This document shows positions 10,495 to 20,477 of a stretch of DNA of 64,000 bases, in pieces. The translations under genes and the position numbers were made by a program. The DNA is from a bacterium. Lineage in GTDB: Bacteria > Patescibacteriota > Microgenomatia > UBA10105 > UBA927. The stretch spans positions 127 to 64,126 of the forward strand of contig JAKAFY010000007.1 of the NCBI GenBank assembly GCA_021817785.1. Direction: 5' to 3'. How positions within the stretch are numbered: position 1 is the stretch's first letter; the number at the start of each line of letters is the position of its first letter. The notes beneath the pieces are model-generated. The model did no database searches, was not told the origin of the DNA, and worked only from the letters and a program-made list of their open reading frames with translations.

Positions 10495-11749
10495 TGGTGT
10501 CTTCTTAATAGTTGCTGCAACCATGCTCTATGCTCAAGCTTTCCGAGGCTCTTTTATACATCCTGACGAATTGGACACGCTGAGCAGAGCATCTACGTTC
10601 ACGACGGTTCCGCTAAATTTCGCTGATTCAAAATGGCGATCGATCACTGCAATTGATCAGCCTCTTTTATCTTATTATGTCTATGGAATAGCAAAAATAC
10701 TAGGGGAAACGATCCGTTTAGGTCGAAACCAAGAATGCACACCCAATCCAAATACACGGAATTATAAACCTTTATCCAAATATGTCATGCCATATCAATT
10801 CACAACTCCCAGTGAACTATCAAAGCCCATTCTTTGTATGATGACCCCGCTCTTCTCTATGAGACTAGTTGCCGTTCTCTTTAGCGTGATGACTCTCGGC
10901 ATCGTAATTATAATCGGTATGTTTATCGACAATGTCGTTACTGGTCTCCTCGCGGCTACACTATACTTGACCAACCCTGCATTCTTAACTTGTATGGTCC
11001 GGGCGATGGGGGACCCAATCCTTATCTTTTTTATGACGATCCACGTCTTCTTATCCATACTTATCGCAATGCGCTTTTTCAAACACACGTCAGTCGCTGT
11101 CCCAATTCTGGCCATTTTAAGTGGTATTGTGTCGGGGCTGGCGATGTCGACAAAATTAAATGGAGCATTATTGCTTATATCATTTTGGCTTGTTATTGCG
11201 GTTTTATATGAAAAACGGATAATAGCCGACGCTCTACAGGTTATTGTTGCTCTTGCAATTTCCCTTGTAACAACCTTCTGTATATTTTTCTTTCTTAATC
11301 CCTATTTATGGACCTCGCCGCTACAGAACTTCAATATCATGGTCGATTATCGCCTTAAAACGATAGCGTACCAATCAAAACTTTCCAGCAACCCTGCGCT
11401 ATCAACCATATCCGATCGTATTTCGCACGTCATTATAAATATCTTATTACCAAAGGGGGACTACACCACATTTCACAATAGCGCGCTTCCATTTGATATT
11501 GTATTTTTTTGCTTTGGTCTCTATATCCTTATCCGCATGGCAGTCAGATCCCGAGCGAGGGGGTCCATGGCGCTGCTGTTTCTTGTATGGGCATTCCCCA
11601 TAATTACAATCACAACCACCATGCTAGCTATCGATTGGGATCGATACTATCTTCCCATTATCCTTATCATAAAAATAATTCAGGCGGTCGGAATAACGCA
11701 CTTTTTTTCCTATATTTTTCGCTTACTAAAACCATGGAGACGCGTATGA
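10475..11749 (+). CDS. ArnT/PMT-like (GT-C) lipid-carrier-dependent glycosyltransferase
   Basis: HPDE after the first TM, DQPLLSYY, MRLVAVLF, MGDP, GLAMSTKLNG and WDRYYLP motifs. Start uncertain (10475 or 10523). Confidence 0.75.
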   Translation: MFRFAFIGVFLIVAATMLYAQAFRGSFIHPDELDTLSRASTFTTVPLNFADSKWRSITAIDQPLLSYYVYGIAKILGETIRLGRNQECTPNPNTRNYKPLSKYVMPYQFTTPSELSKPILCMMTPLFSMRLVAVLFSVMTLGIVIIIGMFIDNVVTGLLAATLYLTNPAFLTCMVRAMGDPILIFFMTIHVFLSILIAMRFFKHTSVAVPILAILSGIVSGLAMSTKLNGALLLISFWLVIAVLYEKRIIADALQVIVALAISLVTTFCIFFFLNPYLWTSPLQNFNIMVDYRLKTIAYQSKLSSNPALSTISDRISHVIINILLPKGDYTTFHNSALPFDIVFFCFGLYILIRMAVRSRARGSMALLFLVWAFPIITITTTMLAIDWDRYYLPIILIIKIIQAVGITHFFSYIFRLLKPWRRV

Positions 11750-11769
11750 TATGATCCAAACACATTTAT

Positions 11770-12741
11770 ATGACTATTATCGTCACGGGGGCTGCGGGTT
11801 TTATCGGAAGCAATATCTGTAGCACCATGCTGCGTTCATCGGACAATTCGGTCATTATTGGCATAGATAATTATAATCCATATTATTCAAGTGCTATAAA
11901 AAAGCGCCGTATTACAGAGCTCTCCAAGCACAAACGATTTGTCTTTGTGCAATCGTCTTTTGACAATATAAGGACATTGGCGCGCATACGGTCAAAGTTT
12001 AAACCAACTATTCTTGTGCATACCGCCTCAGAGGTAGGGGTTCGTAACGGGGAGAATAACCCGCTGACCTATGTAAAAACGAACGTGATGGGGACGGCCA
12101 CGCTTTTAGAGACGATTGGGAACTATGTACACCATATCGTGCTATTAAGCTCGTCATCCGTTTATGGAAATTCCTCTCTGCCGTTTTCTGAAAATAATTC
12201 GCTCCATCCGACTTCCGTTTACGGCACAACGAAAGCGTGTATGGAATCGTATGCAGTGAATTACTACGCCCGATACGGCACTCCGACCACCATCATCCGC
12301 CCGTTTAGTGTATATGGGCCGGACGGGAGACCGGACATGCTACCGATGAAATTATTAATGGCAAGCGCGCTAGGGCGACCCATCATCGTGTCTGGCCGCG
12401 AGACGAAAAGAGACTGGACGTATATTGATGACGTCGCGTCAGCAATAGCGCTGGTTACAAACCAGCCAAATCATCTGCAACGCGTCAATATTGGTTTTGG
12501 CGAGCCGCTTTCTAACGCTCATGTCCTTCGCAAGGCAAGTGCGATCATAAAAACTTTTGGGTATCATCTCGAGTATTCGTTCTCAAAACAAAATCCAATC
12601 GAGGCGATCACTACATGGGCCGATACCACGAGGTTACGTGAGAAGTATGATGTAAAAATCATCACTCCTTTCGAGCTCGGTTTTCAACAGACCGCCCGAT
12701 TCTTTTTTTCACATCTGAATCTATATGCCAAAATCGATTAA
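11770..12741 (+). CDS. NAD-dependent sugar epimerase/dehydratase (UDP-glucuronate 4-epimerase-like)
   Basis: VTGAAGFIGS, SSSSVYG, YGTTK (YxxxK), VYGPDGRPDM and RDWTYIDD motifs. Confidence 0.88.
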   Translation: MTIIVTGAAGFIGSNICSTMLRSSDNSVIIGIDNYNPYYSSAIKKRRITELSKHKRFVFVQSSFDNIRTLARIRSKFKPTILVHTASEVGVRNGENNPLTYVKTNVMGTATLLETIGNYVHHIVLLSSSSVYGNSSLPFSENNSLHPTSVYGTTKACMESYAVNYYARYGTPTTIIRPFSVYGPDGRPDMLPMKLLMASALGRPIIVSGRETKRDWTYIDDVASAIALVTNQPNHLQRVNIGFGEPLSNAHVLRKASAIIKTFGYHLEYSFSKQNPIEAITTWADTTRLREKYDVKIITPFELGFQQTARFFFSHLNLYAKID

Positions 12742-13195
12742 TCCAATAAAACTATGTCTTATCTCGTCCCGGGGTGGACATCTGTACCAAATGTATTTAT
12801 TAAAAAAGTGGTGGGTAAAATATGAGCGATTCTGGATTTCTGGTCAGGGGGAGGACATAAATTACCTTCTGAAGAAGGAAATAATTTATCGCGGGTTTTT
12901 TCCTGAATCAAGAAATGCCATAAATGCAATTCGGAATTTTATGTACGGATTCATAATCTTGGCACGGGAAAAGCCGACACTGATTGCGAGTTTTGGTGCG
13001 GGCATCGCTCCACCAATTTTTTTGGCTGCCAAATTATTACGCATTCCTTTTGTGTTCGTCGACTCGATCAGCTTCGTGCAATACCCAAGTCTTTCCGCAC
13101 GAATCGCTGCGTTTTTTAGGGGCGTCGTCCTCGTCCAACACGAACATATGACGCGTGTGGTTAGCGGGGCACATTATTGGGGGAGTGTTATATGA
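12725..13195 (+). CDS. Alg14/PssD/CpsF-like glycosyltransferase subunit
   Basis: CLISSRGGHL, SFGAGIAPP, FVDS...SLS and LVQH motifs. Confidence 0.85.
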   Translation: MPKSINPIKLCLISSRGGHLYQMYLLKKWWVKYERFWISGQGEDINYLLKKEIIYRGFFPESRNAINAIRNFMYGFIILAREKPTLIASFGAGIAPPIFLAAKLLRIPFVFVDSISFVQYPSLSARIAAFFRGVVLVQHEHMTRVVSGAHYWGSVI

Positions 13196-13695
13196 TTTTC
13201 TGTACAATAGGCACGACGGACTTCATTTTTCCGAGACTTATCCAGGCGCTTGATGCATCTCTTATAGGACAGACGGAATTATTAATACTGCAGGGAAACG
13301 CGGGGACATATCAATTACGATATACTCACGTGCGATCATTTCACGAGCTTCCATTTCATAAAATGATTTATTATATGTCGCGGGCACGGGCTATTGTGTC
13401 TCACGCCGGCGCGGGAACCTTGTTAATGGCTCTTCAATACACAAAAACCAAACCCTTTGTCGTCCCGCGTCTTGCAAAATTCCATGAACACGTAGACAAT
13501 CACCAATTATTCTTTTCGGAATACATGCATTCTCGGGGACTTGTTGTCGGAAATTTTACGGACAATCTTCTGGTTCATAACCTGCGTACATATCTTCGCA
13601 ATCCTCCGCAACAGAGGGGATATCGGCGGGGCGTTCACATTGAACCACTTATACATGGTCTTGATTCATTAATCCATAATCCCAAGCACGACTAA
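13192..13695 (+). CDS. Alg13/PssE/CpsG-like glycosyltransferase subunit (GT28 C-terminal)
   Basis: MIFCTIGT, SHAGAGT and VPR...EHVDNHQ motifs. ATGA overlap with the upstream partner. Confidence 0.87.
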   Translation: MIFCTIGTTDFIFPRLIQALDASLIGQTELLILQGNAGTYQLRYTHVRSFHELPFHKMIYYMSRARAIVSHAGAGTLLMALQYTKTKPFVVPRLAKFHEHVDNHQLFFSEYMHSRGLVVGNFTDNLLVHNLRTYLRNPPQQRGYRRGVHIEPLIHGLDSLIHNPKHD

Positions 13696-15722
13696 AGCGC
13701 AAAAGGGATACCTCGTATTTTTTCGGCAAGAGATCCGGCGGGTTTTAACCCTTGACGAAGCGCGGCAGAACAATCACTTCGCAAAGACTCCGCGCTCAAG
13801 CATTCCGTAAGAATGCTTTTTGAAACCTCCTTATTTGAAAGATCATAAAAATATAAGCTTGCAAGCTCGATACGAAAATAGCTCCATTGCGGGGCCATCT
13901 TCCACGCAAGTAGCCATAGTTCACGAGTTTTTTCCGGATTTGTCTGTACCACCGCCAAACCCAATAAATAATATATCTTTGCGAAGTATTCTCCCGGTTT
14001 TTCGGACCCGTTTATATACTGAAAGACGTTTTTTGTGAGAAATGGTTTCACTGATGGATCCAAAAGGATGGTGCTTTTGTCTGTAATACCGGCTAATGTG
14101 CGCGCGGTGACCTCGGTGTCCCCGCTCATTAGCAACGGAGAAATGTAGTCTATGACTAGTTTTATGTTTTGCGGGTCGTCGCTAACTGCTCGTTCAAACA
14201 TCACGCGAGACTGTTGCGGCGTGGTTTTTTGTGTCGCTTTTGCAAGCGCAAACAATATCTGCGGATTGTCTTTATGAAAATAGAGCGCCTCTAGTACCCG
14301 CCGCTTGGAAATGGGGCGTGTTGACGAATTTTCTATCATGGCAAGTGTGTATGTCGCGTCGAACGGAGCATAATCAAACGCCAAATTATTTTGTCGACCA
14401 ATCGTTATATAAAATGAACTAATAATCCATAACATATAAAATGTTCCCACAATAACCAGTGGTACAATCACCGAAATGTCGTTGTCTTGGGTTTCCGGGT
14501 TTGCTTTAGCATTTACTCCGGACAGCAATCCCAACCCGGCCCAAAACAAATACGAGGTGATTAAGAAATCAAATACAAATTCTATAGTTCCATACAAAAA
14601 TATCAGTGTCACACCCAACAACAAAGCTCGCTCAATGTGTTTATTCTTCCCGCCAACAACTCCCGATAAGTACATTGCTCGCGCCTGCGTCGACAGCAAC
14701 CATATATATATCGCAAGGCCAACAAGCCCGCTTTCTGCGCCTATTTCCAGCACTTGGCTATGCGCGAACCATGAAGACTTTCCCCAGCCGCGCTGCAACC
14801 GAGTCGACACTAATGAAAATGTTCCCGGCCCGTGACCAAATAGCGGCTTTTCTTGTATTGCTACTGCCGCTTGCCTCCAATATTCAATTCTGCTTTTGAT
14901 ATCCAGCGGGCGTAAAATAATAGAATTAATAGCTGTTGGCAGTAGATTCAGTTTTACAAACCAAAGGCCAATAAGAAGAATCGCCAGCAAAGAACTTGCA
15001 CCTAATGCTATGCTCCTGGATCTCGCCGTTCCTTTCAGCCGTGTATGCACTACTTCCCAAACCACGTACAAGATGACCAATATCCATGCGCCCCTAGCGC
15101 GCGTAAAGAAAAGAAGTAATAAAAACGGTATAAGAGTGCCCCATCGGAAAAATACGTTATTTTTGATTTTGACAATTGCGTAAAATACAATGGGCGTCAC
15201 AAATACAAGAAGGTCTGCAAAATGACTGTGTCCATAGTTTAAGGCTACAAGATTCATGGAGGGGATCATGTCGCGCAGCCAGGGAGTAAGTGGTATTGCG
15301 ACAAACACTACAGCTGCTAGTCCGACAAATATGCAGGTCATCGTGACAAATTGCCTCAATATATATTCCGTTGCGATTGCATAAAACAACCGATAAACCA
15401 GATATCCGCACAAAAATATAACCATCCATGATATAGAATATCCAACGCTGTCGGACATCATCGAAGACACTAGGGTTACTCCAAAATACGCCATCCATGG
15501 AAGCAATAACCAACGAGGTGGTTGTCTGTGTCTTTTTTGCTGAAACAGCTGTGTCAGCCACATAACTACCACTATAGAAACACCAAATATCGCAATAACG
15601 GCCTGCTTTCCGTCTCCCAAAAATAATCCAAGAAACAAAAGTGAAAAAAACAATACAACCAAACCGAATCCGCCTTGATTTTGCCGTTGCATGTGTATTC
15701 CGTTTTTCTCAGTTAATTCCAT
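13692..15722 (-). CDS. O-antigen ligase-like membrane protein with C-terminal TPR-like helices
   Basis: TRARGAW, SRIEYWRQA...PLFGHGPGTF and AHSQVLEIGAESGLVG motifs, then a helical C-terminus. Confidence 0.8.
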   Translation of the reverse strand: MELTEKNGIHMQRQNQGGFGLVVLFFSLLFLGLFLGDGKQAVIAIFGVSIVVVMWLTQLFQQKRHRQPPRWLLLPWMAYFGVTLVSSMMSDSVGYSISWMVIFLCGYLVYRLFYAIATEYILRQFVTMTCIFVGLAAVVFVAIPLTPWLRDMIPSMNLVALNYGHSHFADLLVFVTPIVFYAIVKIKNNVFFRWGTLIPFLLLLFFTRARGAWILVILYVVWEVVHTRLKGTARSRSIALGASSLLAILLIGLWFVKLNLLPTAINSIILRPLDIKSRIEYWRQAAVAIQEKPLFGHGPGTFSLVSTRLQRGWGKSSWFAHSQVLEIGAESGLVGLAIYIWLLSTQARAMYLSGVVGGKNKHIERALLLGVTLIFLYGTIEFVFDFLITSYLFWAGLGLLSGVNAKANPETQDNDISVIVPLVIVGTFYMLWIISSFYITIGRQNNLAFDYAPFDATYTLAMIENSSTRPISKRRVLEALYFHKDNPQILFALAKATQKTTPQQSRVMFERAVSDDPQNIKLVIDYISPLLMSGDTEVTARTLAGITDKSTILLDPSVKPFLTKNVFQYINGSEKPGEYFAKIYYLLGLAVVQTNPEKTRELWLLAWKMAPQWSYFRIELASLYFYDLSNKEVSKSILTECLSAESLRSDCSAALRQGLKPAGSLAEKIRGIPFAL

Positions 15723-15740
15723 GGTGGTATACTGTCAAAA

Positions 15741-16712
15741 CTAAAACATAGCCGCCCAAATATTCATGGCTTTTGTCAGGCGTCTAAAATATTTGGTTTC
15801 GGGAAATGCGCCGGCGCTTGCAAGTTCCCTATAGCAACGGGTGGTTGCGTGTGTTGAAAACGATAGACTGGTGATAGTCTGCCATAGTTGTTCGTTTACG
15901 CCCATTGCGCGTTTTTCTTTTATCAAGTTTTTTTTGGGGTCGGATGCTTTTTTGTGCTCGACAAACGGAGACCCGTTAACGACTGCAACACCCAAATGAT
16001 CAAGGATTTTTTTGGCAAATATGCCGGCCCAAATGTCGTCATACCGGTCAAATCCCCACGCTCCCCCCTGGGGATCTTTGCCCATGAGGGGAAAATACAT
16101 AAGCGGGGTAATTTCGCGGGTAAATGCCAGATTCATCGAGCTCATCGGGAAATAATATCCGAACGGAATGTATTGGCGAAGCGGGGGGTAAGCGGCGACG
16201 TTTACGTTGCCTATCGCAAGCTGTGTTTTGGCATCCATATCCATCTTGTTTGACCACAATCCGTGGCTTATGCCCACCCGGTGAACATTGCGTGTGTCAT
16301 AAGGAAATCCGCGGGTGTACATATAGTCGGGGTGGGGGAACGTGGCAAACCAACTGCTCGGCGCTTTACTTGCTAAATTGTCGAGGTGTTTTTGAACAAA
16401 CCTTTTTTCTGCGGGAAAACAGTCGTCGTCCAGGGTAATAATGACGTCCGCTCCTTTTTGATAGGCTTTCCAAAATCCATATGAGCGTATTCCTGCGTTC
16501 TGGCGGGGGAAAATCCACTCGTTGGCGCCAAAATCGTTGCGGATGTCTTTCCAGGTGTAATGGTCGATGGATAAAAACCCCCTTGTCGGGGCTTGTATTT
16601 CTTTTTCCTTATGATCTTCCACAATGATAAGGTGGCAATCTTCAAATTCTCCGCGCCAGGCTTCTAAAAAATCGAGCGTTCTGATGGTGGGAATAACCAC
16701 ATAAATGTTCAT
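15741..16712 (-). CDS. GT75/reversibly glycosylated polypeptide (UDP-arabinopyranose mutase)-like protein
   Basis: IRSYGF...TLDDDC, RGFPY, SHGLW...DAKTQL, PMSSMNLAF and RYDDIWAG match the plant RGP/UAM motif order as recalled. Confidence 0.75.
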   Translation of the reverse strand: MNIYVVIPTIRTLDFLEAWRGEFEDCHLIIVEDHKEKEIQAPTRGFLSIDHYTWKDIRNDFGANEWIFPRQNAGIRSYGFWKAYQKGADVIITLDDDCFPAEKRFVQKHLDNLASKAPSSWFATFPHPDYMYTRGFPYDTRNVHRVGISHGLWSNKMDMDAKTQLAIGNVNVAAYPPLRQYIPFGYYFPMSSMNLAFTREITPLMYFPLMGKDPQGGAWGFDRYDDIWAGIFAKKILDHLGVAVVNGSPFVEHKKASDPKKNLIKEKRAMGVNEQLWQTITSLSFSTHATTRCYRELASAGAFPETKYFRRLTKAMNIWAAMF

Positions 16713-16750
16713 GTCCATCACTATATCATAGAATTTCCCGCGCATCATGC

Positions 16751-16797
16751 TTGACAAAATAGATGCCTATGATTACTATGTGGAAAAGTTATCCACA
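16751..16797 (+). promoter_or_regulatory. sigma70 promoter of dnaA with two overlapping/downstream DnaA boxes (autoregulation)
   Basis: TTGACA (16751) - 17 bp - TACTAT (16774). DnaA boxes TGTGGAAAA at 16779-16787 and TTATCCACA at 16789-16797. Confidence 0.8.
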
Positions 16798-16816
16798 CTT
16801 CTTCTGCCCCTAATTT

Positions 16817-18184
16817 ATGGATCTAACGCGGCTTTGGAAATCGGTGCTATCGGAAATCGAGTTGTCTGTTTCAAAGGCAACGTATCAGACGCATTTTGCG
16901 CATTCGTTACTGCTTTCGTTGGACGCCGACGTCGCTTCTATCGGTTTTCCGAGCCCCCTCATGCGGACGCTTGCAGAAACGCGGTATTACAGCCTCATAA
17001 AGAACATCCTGGATCACAAAACAGCTACAAACACGAGTCTGGTGTTTTCCGTGCTGCCAAAAAAAGAGCCGAGTGAGCGGGACGCCGGCCCGCTTTTTGC
17101 GCAAACGATAGATGCCGGCCCCAACACAACGGTGCTTGCCAAAAAATTGCATATCAACGCGGAGCTTACGTTTGACAACTTTGCCGTGTCGACGACAAAC
17201 CAACTTGCGTATGCGGCTGCCACTGCCATCGCTAAAGGTCCGGGTACATCCTATAATCCGCTTTTTTTGTACGGCGGTGTGGGCGTGGGAAAAACCCACC
17301 TTATGCACGCCGTTGCAAACGCGTTGCTTTCAAAAAAGACGTCGCTTCGGGTGGTCTACTGCATGGGAGAGGAGTTTTTAAATGAAATCATCGAGTCTAT
17401 CCAGATGCGCACAACCCGTCAGTTTAAACAAAAGTACAGAAGCGCGGAGCTTCTGATGGTAGACGACGTACAGTTTATTGCAGGCAAACAAACGGCGCAG
17501 GAAGAATTTTTTCACACGTTCAACGCCGTGCTTCGTGAAGGGGGACAGGTATTATTAACGTCTGACCGCCCGCCGCATGAAATTTCAAGGCTGGAAGACC
17601 GCCTGCGCAGCCGCTTTGAGGGCGGGCTTATTGTCGACATATCCCCTCCGGGCTTTGAACTCCGCGCGGCTATCGTCAACATCAAATCAAAAGCGCTTGG
17701 ACTTACTATTCCGTCGGACTGCGCACAGCTTATTGCTGCAAATGTTGTCGACGCCCGGGCCATCGAGGGGTTTCTCCGGCGGCTTACCAGCGAGCTGGCA
17801 ACAAAAACGCAACCCGTGACCCTGGAACTTATTTCAGGGCTCTTAAACATGAAGGCGGTTGTGGCAAACCACGCAGAGACAAGTAGGCGGGTGTCTCCCC
17901 AGGAGCTATTAGAGGCGGTTTCTTCCTATTTTGATATCAAAACCACACAAATGAAGGGACCCAAGCGCGACCGGCCCATTGCGCGGCCGCGACAGCTATA
18001 TATGTATCTGGCAAAAACAGAGCTCGGCCTGACGTATGATGACATTGGCGGCTCGCTCGGGGGAAGAGACCATACGACGATTATGCACGGCGTGGAGACA
18101 ATAACCCAGGAACTGTCCACAAATGAGTCGTTGCGGCAGGCGGTGGCGGGGATAAAACAAAAGCTATGGGCCGCCGCGTTGTAA
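16817..18184 (+). CDS. dnaA: Chromosomal replication initiator DnaA
   Basis: YNPLFLYGGVGVGKTHL, VDDVQF, QEEFFHTFN, RLRSRF and GGRDHTT motifs. Confidence 0.99.
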   Translation: MDLTRLWKSVLSEIELSVSKATYQTHFAHSLLLSLDADVASIGFPSPLMRTLAETRYYSLIKNILDHKTATNTSLVFSVLPKKEPSERDAGPLFAQTIDAGPNTTVLAKKLHINAELTFDNFAVSTTNQLAYAAATAIAKGPGTSYNPLFLYGGVGVGKTHLMHAVANALLSKKTSLRVVYCMGEEFLNEIIESIQMRTTRQFKQKYRSAELLMVDDVQFIAGKQTAQEEFFHTFNAVLREGGQVLLTSDRPPHEISRLEDRLRSRFEGGLIVDISPPGFELRAAIVNIKSKALGLTIPSDCAQLIAANVVDARAIEGFLRRLTSELATKTQPVTLELISGLLNMKAVVANHAETSRRVSPQELLEAVSSYFDIKTTQMKGPKRDRPIARPRQLYMYLAKTELGLTYDDIGGSLGGRDHTTIMHGVETITQELSTNESLRQAVAGIKQKLWAAAL

Positions 18185-18361
18185 GCTTTTCCACTTATCC
18201 ACAACTCGCGTACTTTTATCCACAAATATATCCACCCGCTTTGCGTTGCTTTGTCTGGGTTATCCACAGCCCAAAACGGCCATTTATCCCGTCATTGACA
18301 CGCAGACACAAAAACCATACACTTTTCCACGCATAATTCTATCTACTACTGCTTTTGGTAT
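18185..18361. other. Replication origin oriC (dnaA-dnaN intergenic)
   Basis: Perfect TTATCCACA boxes at 18195, 18216 and 18260. Near-boxes at 18187, 18228 and 18323, followed by CTACTACTGCTT (DnaA-trio-like) at about 18343-18354. Confidence 0.85.
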
Positions 18362-19471
18362 ATGAATATAAAATTACTTCAGGAGAATCTGTTACGGTCG
18401 TTAACAAAAGTGTCCAGAACCGTCCCTACACACCCACAACTTCCCATATTACAAAACGTTAAACTGGTCGCAAAAAAGGACGGGCTAGAAATAACCGCGA
18501 CAAACATGGAAACGACGGAAACCGTATGGGTTGGCGGCAAAGTGGAGAAAGAAGGGGAAGCATGCGTTGCTGCACGAACCCTGTTTGAATTTGTCGCGTC
18601 TCTTCCAGCGGAAACCGCCCAAATTATTTTAAAAGAAGAATCACTTTTTCTGTCCTGCGGAGGGTTTCAGGCAACACTTCCTACCGTTTCTTCGTCTGAA
18701 TTTCCTCCGACGCCGCTTTTAGACGAGAAGGCTGCCGGCTCTATAGATAAGGAGGTTCTAGAAAAAGCGCTTGCAAGCGTGCTTTTCTCTGCTGCGACAG
18801 ACGAGGGTCGACCGCTTCTTACCGGCGTTAAAATCATTGCAGATGGAGAGCACACACAACTTGTCGCCACAGATGGGTATCGGCTCTCGGTAAAAAAGGT
18901 AGCCATTACTATACAAAACCTTTCAGGAGTTATCGTTCCCGCACGCGCGCTTTCTGAGGTGGTTAAACTTGGAACGGAAGAAAAAGAAGAAAAAACGATA
19001 CATGTAGGAATAGCAGGAGAAAAACAAGCGGGATTTATCGTCGGAGAAACAACACTGCTTACCCGGCTCTTGGACGGGGAGTATCCCAACTTCGAGCGCA
19101 TTATCCCTAAAACGTTTACGACCCGGGCGCTTATCGAAAAAGAACCGTTTCTACGCGCGGTACGCTCTGCCGCGATATTTGCCAGAGACAATGCAAACAT
19201 TGTCCGATTGAACCTGGATAAGCAAAAAATTACCGTATCCGCAAATGCCCCACAGGTTGGAGAAAACAAAGTAGAACTCGAAGCAAAAATCGACGGGGAT
19301 GGGGGAGAGATCGCCTTTAACAGCAGATTCTTGATTGATTTTCTTACCAACTTTCCCGAGGAGGAATTCTTGTTTGAAATGACTGGCGCACTAAACTCCG
19401 GCGTGTTTAAGCCGGTGAAAGACGATGCATATCTTCATATCATCATGCCCGTACGCGTGACCGGCTCATAG
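18362..19471 (+). CDS. dnaN: DNA polymerase III beta sliding clamp
   Basis: LPILQNV, RPLLTGV, VATDGYRLS, RLLDGEYPNF and IIMPVR motifs; located after dnaA. Confidence 0.98.
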   Translation: MNIKLLQENLLRSLTKVSRTVPTHPQLPILQNVKLVAKKDGLEITATNMETTETVWVGGKVEKEGEACVAARTLFEFVASLPAETAQIILKEESLFLSCGGFQATLPTVSSSEFPPTPLLDEKAAGSIDKEVLEKALASVLFSAATDEGRPLLTGVKIIADGEHTQLVATDGYRLSVKKVAITIQNLSGVIVPARALSEVVKLGTEEKEEKTIHVGIAGEKQAGFIVGETTLLTRLLDGEYPNFERIIPKTFTTRALIEKEPFLRAVRSAAIFARDNANIVRLNLDKQKITVSANAPQVGENKVELEAKIDGDGGEIAFNSRFLIDFLTNFPEEEFLFEMTGALNSGVFKPVKDDAYLHIIMPVRVTGS

Positions 19472-19472
19472 T

Positions 19473-20474
19473 CTACGGGATAGCAGAAACGATAGTCGTC
19501 GTGTCAATGGGGCCGGGAATCTCCTGAACAGATGATGTCCCCCTGAAAACGTACACAGGAACAAGGCTTGGAAGCGCGGGGGAGTAAAAAAATCCCAAAG
19601 CAGCGGACCGGACCTGAACCGATTGTAATATCGCAGGATTGAGATATGCCACCGAATATTCTGTCGGCGTCGCACTGGAAAGCACCCCCTCGTTGTTTTG
19701 TAAACGACCAACCGCCTCATCATAAGAGATAACCGCAATATCCTCATTGCTCTTTCGAATCGTGGGGAAAACATACCCGCCGAGCTCAACGAGGCGGTTG
19801 GCTCCGTCAAAACGCGCTGAATATGCCGGGGAATCTGCGTCGCCGACATACACGCGGTATCCATCGAGGGAAACTCCATAATCTATTTGGGCCACCGTTG
19901 CGCCATTTGCGTTGCTTGTGGCGTTTGGATCAGTTCCTTGAGGATTCATGAATTGATATGTAGGGGAAGATAATACAAGCGGTTTCGGTAACACATCAAG
20001 CGTTTGCAATTTTGCCAACGTTGCCTGTTGGTAGTATATGGTGTTTTGTGAGATGCGAGCGCCAGACAACGTCGCCTCTTCGTAAGAAAAGTAAAGCGGG
20101 TTATCTGAAACAATAAGGGATTTTGGGCCGTCCGTCGTGCTTAGGTATGCCCCCCTAGACCCATGAATTGTTTCGTTTTGACCAGACACACCCAGTACAA
20201 AAGAAAACCGATTAAATACACTCTGGGTCGTGTTCGCTTGATTGATCGCATAATACGGTAATCGAGCGGGAAAAGACTCGTTGGTAACATTAACGCTGTA
20301 GGAGATTGCCCCCGTGTTTACCGGGCGAGACAGTTGGTTGACACTAATTGTCGGAACAACACGCAAGGGGGGCATCACCGCGGCTTTTTGGGTCGATTGA
20401 CTCGTATATCCAATCATTGCAAGCGCGAGGATAATTATGAAGATGAGTGCAGGCAGTATATATCGTTTATTCAT
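19473..20474 (-). CDS. Membrane-anchored/secreted hypothetical protein
   Basis: N-terminal TM/signal; C-terminal LVPVYVFRG resembles PepSY/YycI-like ends. Last gene of the minus-strand T4SS-like operon. Confidence 0.5.
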   Translation of the reverse strand: MNKRYILPALIFIIILALAMIGYTSQSTQKAAVMPPLRVVPTISVNQLSRPVNTGAISYSVNVTNESFPARLPYYAINQANTTQSVFNRFSFVLGVSGQNETIHGSRGAYLSTTDGPKSLIVSDNPLYFSYEEATLSGARISQNTIYYQQATLAKLQTLDVLPKPLVLSSPTYQFMNPQGTDPNATSNANGATVAQIDYGVSLDGYRVYVGDADSPAYSARFDGANRLVELGGYVFPTIRKSNEDIAVISYDEAVGRLQNNEGVLSSATPTEYSVAYLNPAILQSVQVRSAALGFFYSPALPSLVPVYVFRGTSSVQEIPGPIDTTTIVSAIP

Positions 20475-20477
20475 ACA

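Noticed and set aside
18667-19350. 227-aa antisense ORF inside dnaN, and similar ones (40050-40682, 53717-54385, 32008-32463)
   Set aside because: These are shadow ORFs of well-supported genes, with no motifs of their own.
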